DNA from: Candidatus Eiseniibacteriota bacterium
GTDB taxonomy: Bacteria > Eisenbacteria > RBG-16-71-46
DNA: 64,000 nt
NCBI GenBank assembly: GCA_963776245.1
Contig: CAVZLN010000007.1
Span: 55,134-119,133, forward strand
Direction: 5' to 3'
Below the pieces are notes generated by a model that ran no database searches, was not told the DNA's origin, and saw only the letters and a program-made list of their open reading frames with translations. This document shows, piece by piece, positions 47,903 through 57,377 of the stretch. The stretch's first letter is position 1. The number at the start of each line of letters is the position of its first letter. A program made the position numbers and the translations under genes.

Positions 47903-49599
47903 CGGGCCGCGGACCGCGCGGGGGTGGCGCCCAGCAATTCGAGCGCCTGGCGGCGGGTGGTCGCGGTCGCCCGGTCGCCGGCCAGCATGCGCGCGAGCTC
48001 GTCGATGCGTGCCTCCCCCGCCACCGGCTCGATGCGGGCGATGGTGCGCCCGGCGGCGGCGTGCTTGGAGACGCGCAACTGGTGGCTGGCGAGAGCGGCG
48101 ATCATGGGCAAGTGGGTGACGCAGATGACCTGACGACGCTCGGCGAGCGAGCGGAGGCGCTCTCCGACCGCCTGGGCGACCGCCCCGCCGATGCCGGAAT
48201 CTACTTCATCGAAAAGCAGAAGGTCAACGCAGTCTAGGGTTTCCAGCACAGACTTGAGAGCGAGCATGACGCGTGACAGTTCCCCGCCCGAGGCGATCCG
48301 GGCCAGCGCCCGCGCCACCTCTCCCGGGTTGGCCGTGAAGCGCATCTCGACCGAGTCGAGCCCTGCGGGCCCGAAGTGCCGAGGCTCGGGCGCGGCCGAC
48401 TCGACCGCGAAGGCGAGCTGGGCGTGGGCGAAGCCGAGCGGCTTGAGCTCCCGGGTGACCCGTGTCCCCCACGCGCGCGCGCCCTCGCGGCGGCGGGCGC
48501 CGAGCGCGGTCCCCGCCCGCGCGGCCTCCTCGCACGTGCTCGCCACCGCGGCGCGCGCGCGCTCGAGCGCTCCCGCGGCGTCCTCGCCGGTGGCCAGCTC
48601 GTGGGCGATCTCCGCGCGCCAGCGCAGCAGCGTGGGCACGTCGCGGCGATACTTGCGCGTCAGGCGCGCGATCAGGTCGCGGCGCTGCTCGATGCCCTCG
48701 AGCGCGCGCGGGTCGGCCTCGAGCGCGGCGGCGTAGTCGGCGAGGGCGCGCGCGGCCTCGCTGGCGGCGATGCGCGCCTCCTCGAGCACCGGCAGGGTCT
48801 CGCCCAGCGACGGGTCGAGCGCTGCCGCCTGTCCGAGGGCGTGCGCGGCGCCGGCCAGCGCGTCGAGGGCCGGCGTCTCTCCGTCGCTCAGGCGCCCGAG
48901 GGCGCCGCCCACCAGTTCGCGCAGCCGGTCGGCGTGCTGGAGTCGCGCTCCCTCGCGCGCGAGTTCCTCCTCCTCGCCCTCCACCAGACGGGCGTCGTCG
49001 AGTTCGCGCGCGGCGTTCAGCAGGTGGTCCCGGCGCTCGTCGTAGGTGGCGAGCGACTGCTCGAGCAGCGTGAGCTCGTGCGTCGCGGTGCGGTAGGCGG
49101 CGAGCGCGGCGTCCCAGGCCGCGCGTTCGGGCGCCAGCCGCGCGAGCCGGTCGAGCGTCTCGAGCCCGGCGCCGGGACGCAGCAGGCTCTGGTGCTCGTG
49201 CTGGCCGTGCAGGTCGGCGAGCACCTCGCCCAGCGACTTGAGCGCGGTGAGCGTGACCGGCGACTGGTTCACGCTGGCGCGCGACTTCCCTCCCGCCTGG
49301 ACCTCGCGGCGCACCACCAGCGTCTCGCCCGCGGGATCGAGGCCCCAGGTCTCCAGCAGCGCGCGCACGCGCTCCGCGGTCTCGCCCGCGAGCTGGAACT
49401 CGCCCTCGACCACCGCGGCCCGGGCGCCGTCGCGCACCGCGTCGGCGTCGGCCCGGCCGCCCAGCAGCAGGCTCACCGACTGGACGAGCAGCGACTTGCC
49501 GGCCCCGGTCTCGCCGGTGACCACGTTCAGCCCGGGGCCGAACTCGACCTCGGCGCGCTCCACCAGCGCGAGGTCGCGGATGATCAGGCGGTCGAGCAT
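47899..49599 (-). CDS. recN: DNA repair protein RecN
   Basis: TGETGAGKS, HGQHEHQ, ASGGELSR.ML, FDEVDSGIGG, QVICVTHLP, ELARML. Confidence 0.95.
   Translation of the reverse strand: MLDRLIIRDLALVERAEVEFGPGLNVVTGETGAGKSLLVQSVSLLLGGRADADAVRDGARAAVVEGEFQLAGETAERVRALLETWGLDPAGETLVVRREVQAGGKSRASVNQSPVTLTALKSLGEVLADLHGQHEHQSLLRPGAGLETLDRLARLAPERAAWDAALAAYRTATHELTLLEQSLATYDERRDHLLNAARELDDARLVEGEEEELAREGARLQHADRLRELVGGALGRLSDGETPALDALAGAAHALGQAAALDPSLGETLPVLEEARIAASEAARALADYAAALEADPRALEGIEQRRDLIARLTRKYRRDVPTLLRWRAEIAHELATGEDAAGALERARAAVASTCEEAARAGTALGARRREGARAWGTRVTRELKPLGFAHAQLAFAVESAAPEPRHFGPAGLDSVEMRFTANPGEVARALARIASGGELSRVMLALKSVLETLDCVDLLLFDEVDSGIGGAVAQAVGERLRSLAERRQVICVTHLPMIAALASHQLRVSKHAAAGRTIARIEPVAGEARIDELARMLAGDRATATTRRQALELLGATPARSAAR
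48198..48227 (-). promoter_or_regulatory. putative trp-operon promoter inside recN (TTGACC-N18-TAGATT)
   Basis: AT-rich codon patch in recN with sigma70-like hexamers ~300 nt upstream of trpE. Confidence 0.5.
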
Positions 49600-49719
49600 G
49601 GCGCGGAGTGTAGCCGATGGGCGGACCCGCTGCCGAGGGCGGAGCGCGCGGTGCCCGGGGCGGGCCACGCGGGGTGCGGACCGGCGCCGGCGCGCTCGCG
49701 ACGGCGGTCCGCGGCCGGC

Positions 49720-50589
49720 TCAGAACGAGCGCTTCGCGCTCCCCTGCCAGCCCAGCTTGGCCTGCAGCGCGTGCGCGAACGGGCGCGCGGGGTTCTGCAG
49801 CCGGCGCACCGCGGCCTTGCCGAGCGTGAGCGTGACCCGGTCGCCGTCGGCGAGCTCGAACATCTCCTGCCCGTCGTAGAGCAGGGTCACCTGGTCGTAG
49901 GCGCCGAGCACGTGCACCTCCATCGACGAGCCGGGCGCGAGCAGCAGCGGGCGGCTGCCGAGCGAGTGCGCGCACACCGGGGTCACCACCAGCGCCTCGA
50001 GCCCGGGCTCCAGCAACGGGCCGCCGGCCGAGAGCGAGTACGCGGTCGAGCCCGAGGCGGTCGCCGCGATCAGGCCGTCGGCCACCAGGTGGCCGAGGTC
50101 CTGGCCGAGCGCGCGGGTGCGCAGGTGCACGGCCTGGTAGCCGCTGCGACTCTTGATGACGGCGTCGTTGATCGCGACCCCCCGCCGCACCACCTTGCCG
50201 CGGCGGCGCACCACCGCCGACACCAGCCGCCGGGGCACCACCGGCCAGCGACCGGCGAGCACGGCGGAGACCGCCTTCGCGGTCTCGTGGGCCTCGGCCA
50301 CGGTGAGGAAGCCGAGCCCGCCATGATTGAGCGCGAGCATCGCCCCGCGGTGCCCGGCCAGCGCACGTCCGCCGGCGAGCGCGGTCCCGTCACCGCCGAG
50401 CGTGATCATGAGATCGCACCACGCGCCGAGCGAGCGCGGGGTGAACCCGTCCGCGTTCATCGCTTCGGCGAGGTCGCGTGAGAGGCGCACCTCGAGCCCG
50501 CGCCGCGCCAGCGAGCCGCGCAACTGGGCGGCCGCCCGCCTCACGCTCGGCCGGCGGGAGTGGCCCAGGATGGCGACGCGGCGGATCAT
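49720..50589 (-). CDS. nadK: NAD(+) kinase
   Basis: LGGDGT, N.GGLGFLT, AIND, ADGLI.AT.SGSTAYSLSAGGP. Confidence 0.93.
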   Translation of the reverse strand: MIRRVAILGHSRRPSVRRAAAQLRGSLARRGLEVRLSRDLAEAMNADGFTPRSLGAWCDLMITLGGDGTALAGGRALAGHRGAMLALNHGGLGFLTVAEAHETAKAVSAVLAGRWPVVPRRLVSAVVRRRGKVVRRGVAINDAVIKSRSGYQAVHLRTRALGQDLGHLVADGLIAATASGSTAYSLSAGGPLLEPGLEALVVTPVCAHSLGSRPLLLAPGSSMEVHVLGAYDQVTLLYDGQEMFELADGDRVTLTLGKAAVRRLQNPARPFAHALQAKLGWQGSAKRSF

Positions 50590-50596
50590 GCGGGGC

Positions 50597-52486
50597 TCAC
50601 GCGTGGAGCGGCTGGGTCTGGCGCACCCACGCGAGCGTGCGGCTCGCGATGCCGGGGGCGTCGAGCCCGATCTGCGCCAGCAGTTCGTCGCGCTTGCCGT
50701 GCAGGACGAAGTGGTCGGGCACGCCGAGTCGCAGCTGCGGGGTGGCCGAGAGCATGAGCCGGTCGAGGCACTCGCTCACCGCGCTGCCGAAGCCGCCGGC
50801 GATAACGCCTTCCTCGAGGGTGACGAGGCGGCCCACCGAGCGGGCGAGGCCGGCGATCACCAGCTCGTCGAGCGGGGCCGCGAAGCGCATGTTGACCACG
50901 GTGGCCGACACCCCCTGCGCGGCCAGCGTGTCCGCCGCGGCGAGCGCGGGGCCGACCATGGTGCCGAGCGCGAGGAGCGCGACGTCGCCGCCGGCCCGCA
51001 GTTGCTCGGCCTTGCCGATCTCGATCAGGCGCGGCTCGCGGTCGGGCAGGATGTCGGGCACGGCGGCGCGCGGATAGCGCACCGCGATCGGCGCCGAGCC
51101 CGTCCACCGGGCGGCCGTCCACAGCATGTCGCGCAGCTCCTCCCCGTTCTTCGGCTGCATCACGACCGCGCCGGGGATCATGCGCAGGTAGGCGATGTCG
51201 AACACGCCGTGCTGCGGGGCCCCGTCGTCGCCCACCAGCCCGGCGCGATCGAGGCACAGCATCACCTTGAGGTCCTGCACCGCCACGTCGTGGATGATCT
51301 GGTCGAAGGCGCGCTGGAGGAAGGTGGAGTAGATGGCGGTGATCGGCATCAGGCCGCCCGCGGCGAGCCCGGCCGAGAACGTGACGGCGTGCTCCTCGGC
51401 CATGCCGACGTCGAAGAACCGCTGGGGGAACCGGGAGGAGAACTCCTTGAGCCCGGTGTTGTCGGTCATCGCCGCGGTCACCGCGACCGTCTCCGGCATG
51501 GCTTCGCCGATCCGCACCGCGGTCTCCCCGAACACGTGCGAATAGGTCTTCTTCGCGCCCTTGGAGGCCGTGCCGGTGTCGGGGTCGAACACCCCCACCC
51601 CGTGGAACGTGGTGGCGTCGGACTCCGCCGGGCCGTAGCCCTTGCCCTTGCGCGTGAGCACGTGCAGGAACACCGGCTCGTCGAAGCGCTTGAGGTCCGA
51701 GAGGGTCTCCTGGAGCACGTCGAGGTCGTGGCCGTCGATGGGGCCGAAGTACTTGAAGCCCAGCTCCTCGAACAGCAGCCCCGGGACCACGAGGTTCTGG
51801 AGCCCCTCTTTCACGCGGCTCGCGCCCTCCTGCATCTTCCAGCCCTTTGGGAGCTTGCCCAGCAGTTCCCACACGTCGTGCTCGAAGCGGCGATAGATCC
51901 GGCTGGTGGTGAGCTTGGTGAGGTAGCGGTGGAGCGCTCCGATGTTCCGCGAGATGCTCATCTCGTTGTCGTTGAGGATGACGATGAGGCGCTTGCCGAG
52001 CTCCCCCGCGTTGTTGAGCCCTTCGAACGCCATCCCGCCGGTGAGCGCGCCATCGCCGATCACCGCCACCACGTGATGATGCTCGCCGCGCAGGTCGCGG
52101 GCCGCGGCGAATCCCAGGGCGGACGAGATCGAGGTGCTGCCGTGGCTGGTGCCGAAGACGTCGTGTTCGCTCTCGGCGCGGCGCGGATAGCCGGCGAGGC
52201 CGTCGAGCTGGCGCAGGGTGTGGAACCGGTCGAACCGGCCGGTGACCAGCTTGTGCGGGTACGACTGGTGTCCGACGTCCCAGATGATCTTGTCGCGCGG
52301 CGAATCGAACACGCGGTGGAGCGCGAGCGTGAGCTCGACCACGCCGAGGTTGGGCGCCAGGTGGCCGGCATTGCGGGCCACCGTCTGGATGATGACGTGG
52401 CGGATCTCGGCGGCGAGCACCGGGAGCTCGGCGCGCGAGAGCGCGCGCAGGTCGGCCGGCGAATGGATCCGTTCGAGGAGGCTCAT
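50597..52486 (-). CDS. dxs: 1-deoxy-D-xylulose-5-phosphate synthase
   Basis: GHLAPNLGVVEL, WDVGHQSY.HK, GDGALTGGMAFE, NDNEMSIS, GPIDGH, IYSTFLQRAFDQ, RYPR. Confidence 0.96.
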   Translation of the reverse strand: MSLLERIHSPADLRALSRAELPVLAAEIRHVIIQTVARNAGHLAPNLGVVELTLALHRVFDSPRDKIIWDVGHQSYPHKLVTGRFDRFHTLRQLDGLAGYPRRAESEHDVFGTSHGSTSISSALGFAAARDLRGEHHHVVAVIGDGALTGGMAFEGLNNAGELGKRLIVILNDNEMSISRNIGALHRYLTKLTTSRIYRRFEHDVWELLGKLPKGWKMQEGASRVKEGLQNLVVPGLLFEELGFKYFGPIDGHDLDVLQETLSDLKRFDEPVFLHVLTRKGKGYGPAESDATTFHGVGVFDPDTGTASKGAKKTYSHVFGETAVRIGEAMPETVAVTAAMTDNTGLKEFSSRFPQRFFDVGMAEEHAVTFSAGLAAGGLMPITAIYSTFLQRAFDQIIHDVAVQDLKVMLCLDRAGLVGDDGAPQHGVFDIAYLRMIPGAVVMQPKNGEELRDMLWTAARWTGSAPIAVRYPRAAVPDILPDREPRLIEIGKAEQLRAGGDVALLALGTMVGPALAAADTLAAQGVSATVVNMRFAAPLDELVIAGLARSVGRLVTLEEGVIAGGFGSAVSECLDRLMLSATPQLRLGVPDHFVLHGKRDELLAQIGLDAPGIASRTLAWVRQTQPLHA

Positions 52487-52911
52487 CGGGTCGTCCAGTG
52501 CCACAGGATGGCGCTCAGGAGGCCGATCAGGCCCCCCACCAGCACCTCGAAGGGGGTGTGCCCGAGCAGCTCCATGAGCCTTCCGGTCTCGGCCTCGGCG
52601 TGTTCGAAGTGCTCGTCGATGAGGCGATTGAGGATGGCGGCCTGCTTGCCGGCGGCGCGGCGCAGGCCGGCGGCATCGTACATGACGATCAGGCTGAAAT
52701 ACAGGCTCACGCCGAACAGGGTCGAGGTGAAGCCCTCGCGGAAGCCCACCGCCGCGGTGAGCGCGCAGACCGCGGCCGAGTGTGCGCTCGGCATCCCTCC
52801 GGTCTCGACGAAGCGCTGGAAGTTCCAGCGCCGGTGGGCCACGTAGTACGCGACCCCCTTGAAGCCCTGGACCAGCGATCCGACGATCAACGCCAGCCAG
52901 AAAGGTTCCGT
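52483..52911 (-). CDS. divergent PAP2 / DUF212 membrane protein (start uncertain)
   Basis: TGGMPSAHSA, IVMYDAAGLRRAAGKQA.ILN, ELLGHTPFEV; typical ispA-DUF212-dxs synteny. Confidence 0.85.
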   Translation of the reverse strand, partial: TEPFWLALIVGSLVQGFKGVAYYVAHRRWNFQRFVETGGMPSAHSAAVCALTAAVGFREGFTSTLFGVSLYFSLIVMYDAAGLRRAAGKQAAILNRLIDEHFEHAEAETGRLMELLGHTPFEVLVGGLIGLLSAILWHWTTR

Positions 52912-53014
52912 GGTCCCTCCGCTCCCCTGTGGCTCGCCCTCCGTGGACGTCAGCCGGATGAAGATACGGACCGGGCGGCGCGTCGGCAACCCCGACCAGG
53001 CCGCCGGGCGGGAT

Positions 53015-53947
53015 CTAGCGCGTGCGCTCGGCCATCGTCACCACCAGCGCCGCGAGGGTGCGGGCGCGGGGCCCCAGCAGCTGGACCCGCGCGAGCACGC
53101 GCTCGAACAGCCGGCCGGCGTCGAGCCGCGCCCGGGCCTCGCCCACCGCGCGCGGCCAGGTCGCCTTGCCGCGCGCCTCGTCGGTGCCGGCGCGCTTGCC
53201 GAGATGCTCGAGCGAGGACAGCCGGTTGAGCAGGTCGTCGTGGATCTGGAACGCCAGTCCGAGGTCGCGGCCGACCGTCTCGAGCTGCTGCGTCGCGGCC
53301 CGGTCGGCGCCCCCGGCGATCGCGCCGAGCGCGAACGCGGCGCCCATCAGCGCGCCGGTCTTGCGCGCGTGGATGGCGCGCACCCCCGCGGCGCCGTGCC
53401 GCCGGCGCTCGCCCTCGAGGTCGAGCACCTGCCCGCCCACCAGCTCGGTGCTGCCGCTCGCGCGCGCCAGACGCCGCAGCGCCTCGATCACCCGGCCGGC
53501 CGGCACCCCGCGCTCCGCGAGCCGGGCCAGTTCCTCGAACGCGAACGCCAGCAGCGCGTCGCCCGCCAGCAGGCCGATGGCCTCGCCGAACTTCTTGTGC
53601 GTGGTCAGGCGACCGCGACGGTAGTCATCGTCGTCGAGCGCCGGCAGGTCGTCGTGCACCAGCGAGAACGCGTGCACGCACTCGAGCGCCGCGGCGGCGG
53701 GCAGCGCGTCGCGCCAGTCGCCCCCCACCGCCTCGCAGGCGGCGAGGCAGAGCTGCGGGCGCACGCGCTTGCCGGGGCCGAGGGCGGCATAGCGCATCGC
53801 GGCGTGGAGCGTGGCGGGCACCGCGCCCGCCCGCGGCAGCGCGTGCGCCAGGTAGCGTTCGAAGGTGGCGTGGCGTCCGCGCAGGGCGCGGGCGTCGGCG
53901 GCGTCGCGCGCGGGGACACGCGGCTGCGCTGCGGCGGCGCGGGCCAT
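53015..53947 (-). CDS. ispA: polyprenyl (farnesyl/geranylgeranyl) diphosphate synthase
   Basis: GKRVRP, SLVHDDLPALDDDDYRRG, LAGDALL, GQVLD, KTGAL, AFQIHDD. Confidence 0.92.
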   Translation of the reverse strand: MARAAAAQPRVPARDAADARALRGRHATFERYLAHALPRAGAVPATLHAAMRYAALGPGKRVRPQLCLAACEAVGGDWRDALPAAAALECVHAFSLVHDDLPALDDDDYRRGRLTTHKKFGEAIGLLAGDALLAFAFEELARLAERGVPAGRVIEALRRLARASGSTELVGGQVLDLEGERRRHGAAGVRAIHARKTGALMGAAFALGAIAGGADRAATQQLETVGRDLGLAFQIHDDLLNRLSSLEHLGKRAGTDEARGKATWPRAVGEARARLDAGRLFERVLARVQLLGPRARTLAALVVTMAERTR

Positions 53948-54312
53948 CAGAACGGCAACCGGCCGGCGGGGTCGTCGTCGTCCGGCGCGGGCCGCCGCGG
54001 GGCCGGCGCGCGCGCGGGCCGCGCCGGCGCGGCCGCCGGGGGCGCCGCCTCGGGCGCGCTGTCGTCGAGGTCGCTGGGCTCGGTCTGCGGCCCGTCCGCT
54101 CCCTCCACCAGGCGCTCGATGCGCCGCTCGGCGGCGTCGAGCGTCCGGGTGAGCGTGCGGGAGAGCTTCACGCCCTCCTCGTAGCGCGCGATCGACTCCT
54201 CGAGCGACAGCGTGCCGCCCTCCAGCTCCTCGACGATGGTCTCGAGCCGCTCGAGCGCCTGCTCGAATCCCGGCTGCTCGCTCTCAGCGCTCGTGGTCTT
54301 CTTCGCCGCCAT
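53947..54312 (-). CDS. xseB: exodeoxyribonuclease VII small subunit with C-terminal extension
   Basis: FEQALERLETIVEELEGGTLSLEESIARYEEG...L..AE. Confidence 0.92.
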   Translation of the reverse strand: MAAKKTTSAESEQPGFEQALERLETIVEELEGGTLSLEESIARYEEGVKLSRTLTRTLDAAERRIERLVEGADGPQTEPSDLDDSAPEAAPPAAAPARPARAPAPRRPAPDDDDPAGRLPF

Positions 54313-55669
54313 GCGTCCCTCCCCTGCGCACCGCCTCGACGCGGGCATCCGCCTCGCCGCGGGCGAACTCGATGGTGACCGCGTCGCCGATGGCCAGCGC
54401 CTCGGCGGCGCGCAACAGATCCCCCTGCGGTCCCTTCACCAGACAGTAGCCGCGCTCCATCACCGCGCGCGGCGACAGCGCGCGCAGCCGGTCCCCGTAG
54501 GCGGTGAGCCGGTGGCGCTGCGTGTGCACGCGCTCGACGATCGCCCGGGTGAGCCGTTCCCGCGCCTCGCCCACGCCCACGCGCCGGTCGGCCAGCACCC
54601 GCGGCCACTCGCGCAGGCCATAGCGCGAGGTCACCGCGCCGAGCCGCGCCCGCGCCGCGTCGAGCGCTCCGCGCAGCGCGCGCCGGCCGCGGTCGACCAG
54701 CTCGTCGAGCCGCTGCTGGTGCATCCGCACCGCGTCGGCCTGGCGCTTGAAGCCGTACTTCTCGAGGATGCGCGCCAGATGGCGGCGGCGGTCCACCAGC
54801 CCCTGCCGCAGCGCGCGCTCCATGCGCGGCGCCAGCGCGGCGAGGCGCGCCGCGACCTCGCGACGATCGCGCACCGCCAGCTCGGCCGCGTGGCTCGGCG
54901 TGGCGGCCCGCACGTCGGCGGCGAGGTCGCAGAGCGTGAAGTCCACCTCGTGCCCGACCGCCGAGAGCGTGGGCGTGCGCGAAGCGGCGACGGCGCGCAC
55001 CACCGCCTCCTCGTTGAACGCCCACAGGTCCTCGAGCGATCCCCCGCCGCGCCCGACGATCAGCACGTCGGCGCCGCCCCAGCGATCGAAGCGCTGGATG
55101 GCGGCCACGATCTCGGCCGCCGCGCCCTCGCCCTGCACGCGCACCGGGGCGAGCACGATGCGGATGCCCGGCCAGCGGGCGCGCAGCACCTTCACCAGGT
55201 CGCGCACCGCCGCGCCGGTCGGCGAGGTCACCAGCCCGATGGTGCGCGGATAGAGCGGCAGCGGGCGCTTGCGCGCGGCGTCGAACAGCCCCTCGGCGGC
55301 GAGCCGCCGCTTGAGCTCCTCGAGCGCCAGCAGCAGCGCGCCGATGCCGGCCGGGCGCAGTTCCTCGACCACCAGCTGGTAGCGCCCGCGCGGCTCGTAC
55401 ACGGTGATCGAGCCGTAGGCCTCCACCTCGGTGCCGTCGCGCGGCTCGAAGGCGAGGCGGCCGGCGGTGCCCTTCCACATCACGCAGTCGAGCACCGCGA
55501 CGGTGCCCTCCTTCATGGCGAAGTAGAGATGCCCGCGGTCCGAGCGCTTGAACCCCGAGATCTCGCCGCGCACCCACAGGCCGCTGAACGAGTCCTCGAG
55601 CGCGCCGCGGACCCGCCGCGTCAGTTCGGCGACGGAGAGGATGCCCTCGCGCTCGGGAGCGACCGCCAT
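54284..55669 (-). CDS. xseA: exodeoxyribonuclease VII large subunit
   Basis: LWVRGEISGF, GHLYF, VTSPTGAAVRD, RGGGSLEDLWAFNEE, VGHEVD, ATPS, LSP..VMERGY. Confidence 0.95.
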   Translation of the reverse strand: MAVAPEREGILSVAELTRRVRGALEDSFSGLWVRGEISGFKRSDRGHLYFAMKEGTVAVLDCVMWKGTAGRLAFEPRDGTEVEAYGSITVYEPRGRYQLVVEELRPAGIGALLLALEELKRRLAAEGLFDAARKRPLPLYPRTIGLVTSPTGAAVRDLVKVLRARWPGIRIVLAPVRVQGEGAAAEIVAAIQRFDRWGGADVLIVGRGGGSLEDLWAFNEEAVVRAVAASRTPTLSAVGHEVDFTLCDLAADVRAATPSHAAELAVRDRREVAARLAALAPRMERALRQGLVDRRRHLARILEKYGFKRQADAVRMHQQRLDELVDRGRRALRGALDAARARLGAVTSRYGLREWPRVLADRRVGVGEARERLTRAIVERVHTQRHRLTAYGDRLRALSPRAVMERGYCLVKGPQGDLLRAAEALAIGDAVTIEFARGEADARVEAVRRGGTHGGEEDHER

Positions 55670-55671
55670 GC

Positions 55672-57361
55672 TCAGCGCGCCCCGGTTCCGGCGGCCTGTC
55701 GCGCCGCGGCGAGCACGGTGTTGGCGACCACCATCGCGACCGTCATCGGCCCGACGCCGCCGGGCACCGGCGTGAGCGCGGACGCGATGGCCGAGACGCT
55801 GGTGGCCTCGACGTCGCCGGTGAGACGGGTCTCGCCCGGCGCGTCGGGGCGCGGGACGCGGTGGATGCCGACGTCCACCACCACGGCGCCGGGCTTGATC
55901 CAGGTGGCGTCCACCATCTCGGGCCGGCCGATCGCGCACACCAGCAGGTCGGCCTGCTGCGCCAGCTCGCGCAGCCGCGAGCCGCTGGCGCTGTGGCCGA
56001 GGGTCACGGTGCAGTCCACGCCCTTCTGCGACAACAGCGTGGCCAGCGGGCGGCCGACGATGGCGCTGCGCCCGAGCACCACGGCGTGCATCCCGGCGAG
56101 CGGGACCTGGTAGTGGCGCAGCAGCTCGAGGATGCCCGCCGGGGTGGCGGGCGCGAACCCCGGCAGGCCCGCCGAGAGGCGCCCGACGTTCTCGGGATGG
56201 AAGCCGTCCACGTCCTTGGCGGGCGGCACGGCCTCGAGGACCATCCGCGCGTCCGCCGGAGGCGCGAGCGGGAGCTGGACCAGGATGCCGTGCACGTCGG
56301 GGTCGTCGCCGAGTGATCGCACCCGGGCCACCACCGCCGCGGTCTCGGTGCCGGCCGGCAGCTGGACCCGCCGCGCCTCGATGCCGGCGGCGGCGCACGC
56401 CTCCTGCTTCTTCTTCAGGTAGATCCGCGACGCCGGGTCCTCGCCCACCGAGACCAGCGCCAGCACCGGCGTGCGTCCGGAGGCGCGCAGCCGCTCGCAC
56501 TCCGCCTTCGCGCGCGCCGTCACCACCGCGGCGGGCGCGTCGCCGGTGAGCAGGCGCACCGGGCGGCGCGAGCGCGACAGGTCGCAGGGCTCCTGGATGC
56601 GGCGGATCGCGAGCGCGCGCCCGCTCGCGGCGTCGATCTGCAGCGCCACGCCGTTGAGCCACAGGTCGCGGTGCGCGGGCGCCAGCCGGGCGGGCATGCC
56701 GGTGAGGAAGCGCTTGAGCGCGGGCTCCTTCTCCATGCCGATCACGGAGTCGAAGCCGCCGGTCATGCCGGCGTCGGTGAGCAGCGCGGTGCCGCCGGGC
56801 AGGATGCGCTCGTCGGCGGTCTGCACGTGCGTGTGGGTGCCGATCACCGCGGAGACGCGGCCGTCGAGGTACCACGCCAGCGCGATCTTCTCGGCGGTGG
56901 TCTCGGCGTGGAAGTCCACGAGGATGATCCGGCACTGGCCCCGGAGCGCCTTGAGCGCGGCCTCGGCGCCGCGGAACGGGTCGTCGGCCTCCTTCATGAA
57001 GACGCGGCCGAGCAGGTTGACCACGCCCACCGGGGTGCCGTCGGCGGCCCGGAACACGCCGCAGCCCTGTCCCGGAGTGCCCGGCGGCATGTTGAAGGGG
57101 CGCACCAGCCGGGTCTCCGCGGCGAGGTAGTCCATGCTCTCGCGGCGGTCCCACAGGTGGTTGCCGCCGGTCATCACGTCGGCGCCGGCGGCGAGGATCT
57201 GGCTGCCCGCAGCCTGGGTGAGCCCGAAGCCCGCGGCGCTGTTCTCGGCGTTGACCACGGCGAACGCCGCGGCGTGGCGCAGGCGCAGCTCGGGCAGCAG
57301 CGCACTCACCACGTCGCCGCCCGGGCGCGCCGATGACGTCGGCGACGAAGAGAAGATTCAG
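55672..57361 (-). CDS. folD: apparent in-frame fusion of YmdB (TIGR00282) phosphoesterase (~57361-56590) and FolD (~56559-55672); probable CTG start, frameshift near 57318
   Basis: YmdB: [55 protein letters not shown]. FolD: [42 protein letters not shown]. No stop between them. Confidence 0.85.
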
Positions 57362-57377
57362 AGGAGGCCTCCGCCCG

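Noticed and set aside
47903-48190. trp attenuator, leader peptide or T-box upstream of trpE
   Set aside because: The region is recN coding sequence; no Trp-codon leader or terminator hairpin seen.
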